Below, one piece after another: positions 10,581 to 22,402 of a stretch of 64,000 nt of DNA. Each line of letters begins with the position of its first letter. Within the stretch, counting starts at the first letter, position 1. Made by a program: the position numbers and the translations under genes. The stretch is taken from the NCBI GenBank assembly GCA_963514005.1, contig OY740791.1, forward strand, positions 45,756,001 to 45,820,000, in the 5' to 3' direction. This DNA comes from Raja brachyura. Lineage: Eukaryota. The notes under the pieces are model-generated. The model was not told the DNA's origin and did not search any database. It was given only the letters and a program-made list of their open reading frames with translations.

Positions 10581-12019
10581 AACCACCATTGGCAGTTCCT
10601 TTCTACACACTGCATTGTAAAATGTGCAGAGTTTCCCAAAATATATTTAATAAATAAAACTGAAATTCAACAAGAAAATATATTGAAACCATATATATAA
10701 AACATTCTCTAAGATTGCCACACATATAATAAATCTCCTAATTCGTAATCGCATATATTTCCAAACAGAGAGGCGACATAAAAAGGCCCAATAATTTACA
10801 ATCGGCGAAGATAATATTGCAGGGCTAAAGGTATTGGCAGTTATCATTCCTCACATTCTCAAAATTCTTCTCACAAATGGGAGAATTAAATGCAAGTAGA
10901 GATTTCGAAAGTTTGCAGTTGCGCATCGTATACTTCCTGAAACGAAATGGCAAGCTAAAATGGGAAACGATGGACCCTTTCTTGCATTACATGTCGAAAG
11001 AAAAGCCATATTCAGTTTCATCGACAGCCCTTCGTAGGCCCTTACTAGAACACTTATTTTCATTTCTGTGTCAGCAAGTTTTGGACCGACGCATGACATC
11101 TATAACGAATTATCAGTCAGTATTAATTTTGTAATATTTTATCTCTGTACAGATTATGACCTGCAACATATCCGACCATCATAGTTAATTGTACGCTCGT
11201 CGGGTAGATGAGGACTAGTTCACGTTTACCATCTGATGTTACCAGTTAACAATTTGTTTTCTCAGCCGAATCTTTGCGCAATTCGCAAACGAACAAGATT
11301 GGAGAGCTCGTGATTATGGTGACAAGGAACCGATTGCCGTGTTCTTAGATGGAAGTTATTCTCGCGCCGATGTGCTAGGAGATATTGGTAAATTGGAGAG
11401 ATACATTGGGGCGAAAGGTGTCACTGGAGAAATGAAACGTGATTTCAAAACATAATGCCCGTGGAAATCCAAGTCCTCAGGTGACCCACATCCCACCATT
11501 CTCTGCATATTCACGTATCTATCGATAAGCCTCTAAAACATTACAAACGGGCTTATCAGCTTCCACCGCCAGCGCTGGCCGCGTTTTCCCAGGCACCTGC
11601 CAATCTCCTTTTAAACAACGTGCCACAGATAACGCCTTGGAACTTTTTCCCTCTCCACTGAAAGTTATGCCCTCTAGTATTGCACATTTCAACTCAGTGA
11701 AAACGATTCTCAGTACTTACTCCATGGAACCGATGTTTGTGTCACGAATTGACCTCGCAACCCACTGAATAACCCATTTAGTCGTATCAAAATTTAATAT
11801 GCGCGTCTCCGTAGGAAGTGCGCCTTCATATATGAACTCCAACCGTTCAAGATAGTGGCACACATTGACAATTGGAAGGTAATTACAAATTACTTTTAAA
11901 TTATTTTCAAACCGATGAAGGAATGCACCTTCCGGACGTGCTTAATATCAGTCATGGGAATACATCAGTCATGTTCCTAGCTTCTCTCGATTAGCATCAC
12001 GCTCTGAGTCCCGTTAATC

Positions 12020-12300
12020 TTTAGTTTAGTTTAGTTTAGTTTATTGTCACGTGTACCGAGGCACAGTAAAACCTTTTTTTTTGGCTGCATGCTATCTAAT
12101 CAGCAGAAAGACAACCCATGATTACAATCGAGCCGTCCACACTGTATAGTTGCAGGATAAAGGGAATAACGTTTAATGCAAGATAAAGGCCAGTAAAGCC
12201 CGATTAAAGTCCGAGGGTCTCCAATGAGGTAGATGGCAGATCAGGACCACTCTCTGGTTATTGATAGGATGTGTTGCCTGATAATTAGAGGGAAGAATCA
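12020..12300 (-). mobile_element. Non-LTR retroelement 3' end with (TTTAG)n tail; second copy at about 21165-21520
   Basis: Shared GTCACGTGTACCGAG...GCAAGATAAAG...CCAATGAGGTAGATGGCAG in both copies, plus the microsatellite tail. Confidence 0.6.
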
Positions 12301-12335
12301 AGATACATTGGTTTCCAAACGTTAAAAATGTGTGT

Positions 12336-12366
<31 letters not shown>

Positions 12367-12448
12367 GGGGGGTCATTTGAAATTCTATGCACCAATGAAT
12401 GAGATTGTTAAATCAAAACAGTATGTTGCAAGCAAATATCTGCACTAA

Positions 12449-12552
12449 AATAAATGGATGTAATGAAGCTCATATCTTGTAAGGGTCGACAAAAATGCTG
12501 GAGAAACTCTTGTAATAAATGGATGTAATGAAGCTCATATCTTGTAAGGGTC
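12449..12552. repeat. 39-bp direct duplication flanking a 26-nt Penelope-like remnant
   Basis: 12449-12487 is identical to 12514-12552; spacer GACAAAAATGCTGGAGAAACTCTTGT. Confidence 0.8.
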
Positions 12553-12752
12553 TCCGTGCGATTACAGAACTGTCCCACGTTTACATATTTAATGAGACAT
12601 GAATCTTCCCGGTAATTGTGTAAAACAAGCACTTAACGTCAGCTGTAAGACTCTTCGATCTCATTTTGAAAAAGAAGCGAATAAATGGCTAAATTGCTAA
12701 ATTAATTAGTGGTTGTGCAGCAATAAATGCGAAAGGAAAATGCCGCGTCCTC

Positions 12753-12870
12753 GCTTTAACAAATGAGAATTATTCTGATTGGTTCAATACGAGAACGTCT
12801 GGCAACCAAACAGAGGCTATAATGTGAGTGGGGATCCGGACTGCCCCTTTCTCTTCTCATCTTTCATCAA
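12753..12870 (+). promoter_or_regulatory. cPcdh promoter module 2
   Basis: GCTTTAACAAA, CTGATTGG, ACCAAACAG, GGGATCCGGACTGCCCCTTT (12831-12850). Confidence 0.7.
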
Positions 12871-13093
12871 ACCAGCGGAGGACAGGGTAGAGAAGTGCTA
12901 CTCACAGTCCCTCCGGCAAATGTAAGAGAAATGAGATATCTTAAATTAAATGAACGTGGCGATTCTGAAAATACCCAGAGGTATACTTGTACAACACCAT
13001 TTTCCGATTAAGAAAATATATTTATTTAACCGATGCAGAGATTGTAAACGGCGCAATCTGTCCAAAACAACACTGGTTTGATTCGGTGTAGAA

Positions 13094-15565
13094 ATGAGAT
13101 TGAAAATAATTTGGTCGTTAAAATGGCATCTATTGTTCCACATATTGTCTTCGTGCGGCACGGTTTTTGGGCAGATTCGGTATTCAATTCCTGAAGAGCT
13201 ACAACGCGGAGCCTTTGTTGGGAATATCGCAGTCGATTTACGTTTTGACGTAAACCAGCTCAGGTCTCGCAGATTGCGGATTGTGGCCGGAACCAAGGAA
13301 AAGTATTTGGAGGTAAATTTAGAGAGCGGAATTTTATTCGTGAATAGAAAAATAGACAGAGAACAGCTCTGCGGGACCATTCTTACGTGTGTGCTCTCGT
13401 TAGAAGCCGTAATTCAGAACCCACTTAATTTATTTCATGTTGAAGTGGAGATTTTAGATGTAAATGACAATGCGCCGAGATTTCCGAAGGACAAACTGCA
13501 CCTAGAAATCTCCGAGGTTGCCGCACCAGGGGCGCGTTTTCCCCTCGAATCTGCGTTCGACCCAGACGTCGGAAGCAACTCGGTACAAAGCTATGGTCTC
13601 CTTCCGAACGATTATTTTACACTGGATGTGGAGACGCGAAGAGGGTTGGGAAATTTTCCGGTGTTGGTTCTGGAGAGGTCTCTGGATAGAGAAAAGCAAT
13701 CAACCCATCGGTTAGTGCTCACGGCTAAAGATAGTGGGTCCCCCGAAAGATCGGGTACAGCAGAGGTCACAGTGGAGGTACAGGACGCAAACGACAATCT
13801 ACCTGTTTTCCTGCAAACGAGTTACAAGGTCAGTCTTTTAGAAAATGCACCTAAAAGGACTCTGGTGATCCAAGTGAATGCTACCGACCTCGACGCCGGT
13901 ACTAATGGAGAGATTGAATACTCATTTAGCAGTCAGACAACAGTTAAAGTATTTCAGCTATTTTCTGTAGATTCGAAAACCGGCGAGATTACTGTTGAAG
14001 GTTCCTTAGACTACGAAGACAACAATGTCTACGCTATTAACGTGCAAGCTGTCGACAAGGGCCCTGCTGCCGTGCCCGTATATTGTAATGTGTTGGTGGA
14101 TATTACTGATGAGAATGATAACACCCCTGAAGTTACCTTGGCGTCTTTGTCTAGTCCCGTTAGTGAACATGCCCCATCTGGCACTGTTGTGGCCCTGATC
14201 AGCGCAGCTGACAAAGATTCTGGCGAGAATGGACAGGTAAAATGTGAAATCGGGCATGATCTTCCCTTCAGACTGGAAGCATCTTTAAAGAACTATTATA
14301 GATTAGTCACTCGGCGACTACTGGACCGCGAAAGCGTCTTTAAATATGACGTTATTATCACCTGCAGCGACGCAGGGAGCCCTCCACTATCTTCCAACAA
14401 AACTATCTTGGTGGAGGTTTCTGATGTAAATGACAACTCTCCGCGCTTTGCACAATCTTCCTATAACGCTTACATGATGGAGAATAATGTCATTGGGAAT
14501 TCATTTTTTCAAGTGACCGCCATTGATAGCGATGTAAATCAGAATGCACTACTGACATATTCCATCGCCGAGACATATATTAATGGCGAGCTGGCGACCT
14601 CATTCGTTCAAATTAACTCTGAAAATGGAATCATATATTCTCAACGGTCTTTTGACTACGAGAAACTTAAAAACTTCCAGATCCAAATTCAAGTTCGGGA
14701 CTCTGGAGTTCCACAACTCAGTAGCAAAGTCTCCCTGGATGTTATTATGGTTGATCAGAACGACAATGCCCCCGTAATTGTGCACCCAGTGTCTGTGTTT
14801 GGATCAACTGTGACAGAGACTGTGCCTCGCATCGCTGAACCTGGATATATGGTTGCCAAGGTATCAGCTACTGACGCAGACTCCGGCCAAAACGCACAGC
14901 TTTCTTATGAAATAAGACAAGGGACTGTTCCTGACCTTTTTACCATTTCAGCCTACACAGGCGATATCTGGACCACCCGTAGGATAGAAAAGCAAGATGG
15001 TAAAAGCCAACGTTTGCTGATTTTAGTGAAAGACAGTGGAACGCCATCTTTAACTGCCACAATGACTATTGCCCTGTCAGTCGTGGAGAGGGAGACAGAG
15101 CTGAACTCTGGTACAAGTAGTCTCTCTGAAAATCGTGACTTAACCTCTGACTTAAGTCTTTACCTAGTAATTTCTTTGGGGATAATATCGTCGATATTCT
15201 TCATTGTTTTAATTATCTTGGCTTCTAAAGTTCAAAGGCAGAGGCTGCGTTTTGCCGATACCGAGTGCTATATAGAGATGTGTTGCTGCTTTGAAGCAAG
15301 GAATACGCTGAATGGGATTCAAAAAGCCAGCCGAAATATTCACATCGCTCCTAATTACGTCGATGTCTTTGGAGGGGATCCACTTTCCCAAAGTTTCCGC
15401 TATGAGGCATGTTCAACATTAAATTCGTCGAAGGCCACTGATTTGGTTCCTAAACTGAGTATTCATTCAACGGGTGAGAATTATATGGATAGCGAAACCA
15501 TGGAAATAGAGAAATCCATATTGAATGCAAAGTCCTCGAACAAAAGCAGCACTGTAAATGACGAG
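13094..15565 (+). CDS. Clustered protocadherin variable exon 2
   Basis: 827-aa ORF with signal peptide, EC1-6, TM and conserved cytoplasmic motif; in-frame donor GAG|GTGAGA at 15565/15566. Confidence 0.95.
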
Positions 15566-17003
15566 GTGAGACAATAATAACACTCGTAAGTTTGCTTTAA
15601 ACCAATATGTGCAAGTTTTGTTACTCCTTTGAATGCCGGTTTAGATTGCGGCTGAGGAAAGTGAACCGATTCTGAATGCAAGCACAATAGTGTAAACTTT
15701 AGCAAATGACACCAATATTAAAAAGAGGAAATCCATTGGTATAGAAATGTAAGCGATGTCCATAGTCAAGAAGGTGTAACTGATAAGAAAAGGGGATGGG
15801 GTTATAGTTCAGTAATACTGAAAAATGAGGCTCCACGAAAAATAAGACTAGGAACTAATCTGTGAAGAAATAAATAGCATAAAAAACATTGGATGGTGGA
15901 AGGTTGAGTAACTATGCTTAGCGAAAGTGACCAATTCTGAATGACATCACAATCGGGAAACTAGCTAATGAGAACAATAAACACGTTATTATTGAACCTA
16001 GATGAAGAATGACTGGGTACAGTCTGAGTTCTGATTCAAATGCATTGACATTAATAGGATACAGAAACGATAACTGAACTGGCGAAGCCATGACATATTG
16101 AATTTAGAGTGAAAAGTCTGAGGTCATGCCTCCCGGCTGCAAATAACGTGGAGAGATATTATTTTCGAATGCTGAGAGGCAGAAAAGTGTTCATGTTCAG
16201 ATGAATCAAAGCATAACTGTGCATGAATTCCTGAATTGAACATATAGCTAACATAAGCAATTTGGAAAGCAAACGATATTGCAAGGGCATTTGAGTAGAT
16301 AGATAGACATCTCTCCCCCATTAACATGTGACTGGAGAGTTGTCTTATCTAGGGCGGAATATTGCTGAAATTATTTCTGTAATTGGAAATGGGAGTTGAC
16401 CTCTGGGGAGAAATATAACTGACTATCCTGTGCACGACAGAGTTTGGATAATAGGCTGGTTTCATTGAAAGGTACAAGATTCAAGGACATCTTATTTGGA
16501 TGTCCAGAGCAGAGAGCAAATTGCCTTAAAATACGTGTTTAACCATTTAGGGCGGAATTAATAGACATCTCGTCGCACAGAGGGTAGAAAATCTAAGAAA
16601 TGCTCTGTCCAAGATGGTTGCAGAGACTGTACCAAAAAATAAACATAAGTAGATTTTCTTTGGATATGAAAGGGATCACGATATATGAGGTTGGAAAAGG
16701 ATGGTGGCAAGCAGTGTCTGGGCCATAGTATTGCCGAATATTGGGACATTTCGTCATGAATTTTCAAATGCACTTGAGAGTGTACAAAGGAACCGTGATA
16801 TTTTGTTGGTCAAGTACTGGGTAACAACTTATTTCAAAATAACCGAGACTTTGTTGGGTATTATCGGTGGTTCCAAAAGACACGGTAGTCAGATTCTTGC
16901 TTGATAACCGACCAACTTGGGACATTTGGTGCATGCGTTATCAAATATATAGTTTTCTTGGTGTCTGACAAAAATGGATGCTATGTCAGTCGAATAGTTT
17001 TTC

Positions 17004-19125
17004 AGCGGGATAACATTAGCTACCCTCCAATCCACAGGATCTGATCCTGAATCGATAGAACATTGGAAAATGATCACCAATGCATCCACGATTTCTGGAG
17101 TCATCTCCTTGAGTACCCTGGTATACAGAACACCGGGCTCCGGTGATTTATCAGCCTTCCGTCTCTTCAGTCTACCCAATTCTATTTCTCGCCTAATGCA
17201 ACTAGTACATCTGGGAGAATGTTTGTGTCTTCCTTAGTGAAGACAGAACCAAAGTAACTGTTCAACTCTTCTGCGATTTCCTTGTTCCCCATAATAATTT
17301 CACCCGTTTCTGCCATCAAGAGTCCCTTATTTGGCTTTACTAATATTTTTCTCTTAACAAACATAAATAAGCTTTTATTATCATTCTTTATATTATTGGG
17401 CAGCATACCTTCGTACTTCATTTTTCACCCCGTATTGCCCTTTTTGTTATATTTTGTGTCCTTTGAAAGTTTTCCATTCCCCTGGCTTCCCACTACTCTT
17501 TGCCATGTTATGCACCTTTTCATTTAGATCTATTTCATCCCTCACTTCCCTTGTCAACCACGGTTGCCTCTTACTCCCCTTAGAATCGTTCTTCCTCTTT
17601 GGAATGAAATGATCCTGCATCTTCTGGATTATGCCCGGAAATTCCTGCCATTGCTATTCCACCGTCATTCCTGCCAGGATCCTTTTCCAGTCGACCTTGG
17701 CCAGCTCCTCTCTCATTCCTTGACAGTCCCCTTTGTTCAACTGAAACACTGACACTTCTGATTTAACTTTCTCCCTCTCAAATTGCAGATTAAAAATTAT
17801 CATATCATGGTCGCTCCCTCCTAGCGGTTCATTTACCTTGAGTTCCCTTTATTAAATCTGGTTCATTAGACAATACAAAATCCAGAATTGCCTTCTCTTT
17901 GGTCGGCTCTAGTACAAGCTGCTCTAAGAATCCATCTCGGAGGCACTGTACTAACTGCATTTCTTGGGGTCCAGAACCAACCTGATTTTCGCAGTCCACC
18001 TGCATATTGAAATATCCCATAACTACAGTGGCATTACCTTTGTTAAATGCCAATTTTAACTCCTGCTGCAACTTGCACCCTATATCCAGGCTACTGTTTG
18101 GGGGCCTGTAGATAACTCCCATTAGTGTCTTCTTACATTTACAATTCCTCAATACAATCCACAGCGACTCAACATTGTCAATCCCTATGTCACCCCTCGC
18201 AAGGAAATGAATTACATCCCTCACCAACAGAGTTACCCCACCTCCTCTGCCCACCTGCCTGTCCTCTCTATCGGACGTATAACCCTGAATATTCAGTTCC
18301 CTGTCCCGATCCTACTGCACCCATGTCTCTGTAATCCCCACAATGTCATATTTATCAATGTCTAACTGAGCCTCAAGCTCATCCACTTTACTTCTTATAC
18401 TTCGCGCATTAATATATAATACTTTTAATCCATTATTCTCCTCTCACATCGATTCTTATTTCACTTGGTCATACTCTCCTATCCCTTCGTGAGTCTTCTG
18501 TCCCATTAATTATGGTGTCTTTCTTAACTATTCCTATACTCGCTTTCCCTTGAACTCCATCCTTGTTTTTCCAACCCCCCCCCCCCCATTTTGTTTAAAC
18601 CCACCCGTGTACCAGTGGCAAACCTGCCTGCCAGAATGTTGGTCCCCCGCCTGCTAACGTGCAAGCCGTCCCTTTTGTACAATTCACCGTTGCCCCAAAA
18701 CAGATCCCTGTGGTCTAAGAATCTCAATCCCTGCCCCCTGCACCAGCCACACATTCAGATCCCCTATCTCCCTGTTCACCAGCACGAGGAACTGGAAGCA
18801 AACCGGAGATAATCGCTCTAGAAGTCCTGCTTTTCAGTCTTCTTCTGAGCTCTCTAAAGTGGCGCTTCAGAATCCCTTTCCTCATATTCCCAACGTCATT
18901 TGTGCCGATATGCACTACCACTTCCGGCTGCGCACCTTGAGGGTGCCCTGCAATCGGTCCGTGACGTCCTGGCTCCTGGCACCAGGGAGGTACAGACAGG
19001 GAGAAACCCTTGCCTGTACCTCTCACTATGGAGTCCCCTACTACCACGGCTCTGCCTGACGGCTGTTTCTTCGGCTTTGCTTCAGCGCCACGATTTGACT
19101 CGCAAACCAGTCCGCCGCTCATTCT
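17004..19125 (-). mobile_element. CR1-type LINE fragment: ORF1 esterase domain, APE endonuclease and start of ORF2
   Basis: VVVGDSIVRG and VVHIGTND (SGNH esterase); GGGVTLLV, YRPPN, GYFN (APE); KSPEPGVLYTRVLKE, DWRVANVIP. Frameshifted. Confidence 0.85.
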
Positions 19126-19159
19126 GCTCATGCCCCCCCCCCCCTCCCCCCCCAATACT

Positions 19160-19262
19160 ATTTTCGCTACTGTACGGGGTGATCGCTGGTCGGCACAGAC
19201 TCGGTGGGCCGAAGGGCCCTGTTGCCTCGCTGCATCTCTAAAGTCTAAAAGGATGTAGTCTA
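19160..19262 (+). mobile_element. 3' fragment of tRNA-derived SINE
   Basis: GTGATCGCTGGTCGGCACAGACTCGGTGGGCCGAAGGGCCCTG...TCTCTAAAGTCTAAA matches the 3' half of the SINEs at 33160 and 42167. Confidence 0.6.
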
Positions 19263-19325
19263 AAGACCAAAGCGGGCCAGACTGATATATGTGGAAAAGA
19301 ACTGCAATTACTGGTTTAAATGGAA

Positions 19326-19450
19326 GGTAGACACAAAATGCTGGAATAAATCACCCTACAGGAAGGGTCTCGACCTGAAACGTCACCAGCTGGCTTCTCT
19401 CCAGAGTTGTTGCCTGTCCCGCTGGGTTACTCCAGCATTTTGTGTCTACC
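19326..19450 (+). mobile_element. Penelope-like/HHR repeat with short inverted 5' arm
   Basis: 20-bp inverted termini GGTAGACACAAAATGCTGGA / TCCAGCATTTTGTGTCTACC; internal GAAGGGTCTCGACCTGAAACGTC (core lacks CTGA). Confidence 0.65.
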
Positions 19451-19539
19451 GGAGTGATGCGTATCTGGATGATATTATAGGGAGGGTTTGATCAAACAAA
19501 ATTTCCGCTGGATGCTAACCTCTGCAGCCGTCGAATGCA

Positions 19540-20390
19540 GACCATCAGGCCCTGGGGATTAATCTGCCTTCATTCCCATCCGTCTATCCAACATCATTTC
19601 CTGTCTAATGTGAATTTCCTTCAGTTCCTCAGTCACCCTCGACCCTCTGGCCACTAGTACATCAGGGAAATTGTTTGTGTCCTCCTTAGTGACGACGGAT
19701 CCAAAGTACATGTTCAACTCGTCTGCCATTTATTTGCTCCCCATAATAAATTCACCCTTTTCAGTCTTCAAGGGTCCAACTTTGGTCTTAACTATTTTGT
19801 TTCCTCTTCACACACCTAAAGAAGCTTTAACTATCCTCATTTATATTCTTGGCTAGCTTTCCTTCGTACCTCATCTTATCTCCACGTATTGCCTTTTTAG
19901 GACATCTCTTAAAAAGTTGCACAATCCCCTGGCTTCCCGCTCATCTTTCCTATGATATACTTCTTCCCCTTTATTTTTATACTGTCCCTAACTTCCCTTG
20001 TCAGCCACGGTCACCCCTTATTCCCCCTCGGAATCTTTCTTCCTCGTTGGGATGAACTGATCCTGCACCTTCTGTATTGTTCCCAGAAATACCTGTCATT
20101 ATTTCCCCACCGTCATCCCTGCTAGAGTATCTTTCCAGTCAACTTTGGCCAGTTCATCCCTCATGGCTCCATAGTCCCGTTTGTTCAACTGTAATACTGA
20201 CACCTCCGATTTACCCTTCTCCCTCTCAAATTATAGATTTAAACTTAACATATTATGATCACTACCTCCTAATGGCTCCTTTACCTCGAGTTCCCTTATC
20301 AAATCCGGTTCAAACATAACAGTAAATCCGGAATTGCCTTCTCCCTGGTCGGCTCCAAGCTGGTCTAAGAATCCATCACGGAGAACGCAA
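19540..20390 (-). mobile_element. CR1 LINE ORF2 fragment
   Basis: LRDGFLDQ, EPDLIRELEVKEPLGGSDHNM; homologous to the 17-18 kb copy. Confidence 0.8.
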
Positions 20391-22031
20391 AGGCTCTCCG
20401 GGTTAACGTGTCTTCTCTGTCGCGTTGGTTTCACCTTTGCTTTTCATTTAATGAGTTATGTGGCATCCATCATCAGTGATGTTGGCAAGGTGGCGATCAG
20501 CCAAATTCATCTGAGAACGTTCAGAGATGATTAAAAAGTAAAAATCCCAATCATGAACCGACATTTTTAATAAGTTGCAATGTAAATGAAACAATGGGAC
20601 CCATACCAGTGTTTCACAGCAAACATCGGAAAGGAACTGAAATATAAAGTAGTCAAATTAGTTTAGGGTCCATGTAATGGATAAGGTGATTACCAGTGTA
20701 AATTGAATGTGTTGTTTTTCTCTAAAATGGCGAGGAGGCTGATCAGCAATTATTGTTTGTTGGATTACCAAAACAAAGTAATCTTATCTGTACAATAAAC
20801 AATAACTTTCATCGAACGTTACAGCAGTTAAAACCATTTATAAATCTCAGCTTTTTATTAATCAGTTTGCCACTCTGTAGATTGCATAGAAGAACGTTAC
20901 AAACCGCACTGCCGTTGGAAAAACCGGAAATCATCATCAGAAAACTTTGGATTTTCAGTTTCATTACATTTGGTTGGCGTTTTAGAAGCTTATTATAATG
21001 CCAAATAATTCAAATGCTATTTGATTATATACTAAAACATTCTTACTTTCGTAAAAAGGTGCAACCACAACATTATTTGAAATATTTGTAATTTCATGTA
21101 GAATGTCATAAAGTAAATAATTTACAGCACAGTAAGAACAGATTCTAATAGAGATCATTGGAGTTTAGTTCAATTTATCATCGTCACGTGTACCGAGATA
21201 TAGTGAATAGCATTTGTTGCGTGCTATCCTGTAAAAGAAAACACTATACACAATTAAAATCAAGCCGTTTACAGTGCACAGATAAATGATGAAAGGGTAC
21301 AACATTTAGTGCAAGATAAAGTCCGATTAAAGATAGTTCATAGATCCAATGAGGTAGATGGCAGGTCATGACTGCACTCGAGCTGGTGAGTGGACCATTC
21401 AGTTGCCTGATAACAGTTGGGAAGAAAGGTTCCTTAATCCCTGGTATACGTTTTCTAACTCTGTGCCTCTTGCCCGATGGTATAGGGAAGCAGAGAGAGT
21501 GACCGGGGTGAGACTGGTATATATGATCAGCATCAAATTTGAGATTTGTAAAGGTTATTGCTTTTTCTTTGCTAGTTCAAGGATGTTGGGTCGAGGGTAC
21601 ATGGATGTAACGAAATGGCGGAACATCTTTTTGAATGAAATGTGATGAATTGCACCTTGATTGTTCTAATCGCTTTTTTTCCTTACGAAACTGGCATAAA
21701 TGATGTAATTAAGACCTCATTGATTGAAAATCTGCATGATTTCAGAAAACTATAGCTCTCCGTGGACAATTGCACCCTAATTTTATCTGGAGTTAAATCA
21801 ATGAGCTTAGTGAGTTTGCCTGCTCCCTATAATTTTATTTTATTTTATCTCTTTATTTTGTTTTGCATGCGGCATCGCCAACAAAAGATATTCAGCAAAT
21901 TCGATATCAGATTATTATTGATAAGGTTTTCATTCGGCTGAAAGTTCCCAAATATTGAACGTAAGGCTTTAGTGGTATTTATGTTGTGTAGCTTTAAATG
22001 TAGTGGTTCTGTCCGACCTTGAAGCACTACA

Positions 22032-22152
22032 GCTTTAAGAAGTGAAGGGAATTCTGATTGGCGGAAGACCAGTCTGCCTGCGTTGACCAATCAGAATCTG
22101 AAATGAAACTGGTGATCCGGACGGCCCCTTCCACTACCCAGCCACCATCTCG
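22032..22152 (+). promoter_or_regulatory. cPcdh promoter module 3
   Basis: GCTTTAAGAA, CTGATTGG, GACCAATCAG, GGTGATCCGGACGGCCCCTT (22111-22130), GCCACCATCTC. Confidence 0.75.
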
Positions 22153-22402
22153 TCAATTCAGAAGGGTGGGCGAAGTCGGATAGCGCGCAGCTCCGTTGGT
22201 TTGCAGCACCAATCCTATCGCAATCGTGGAGAAATTTAGAGAAACAAAGACAAATTAAAAAATCTGACCGGCTCGCAAAATGGAAAGGTATATTGTACCC
22301 CGTGAATTTTCTAGTTTTAAATACGGGAATCAAAAGCAAAGCGGAAAAGATAATGTATTGTGTAGTCTTATGCTGAAACAATAAGACGGTTTTGCGCTTG
22401 AA

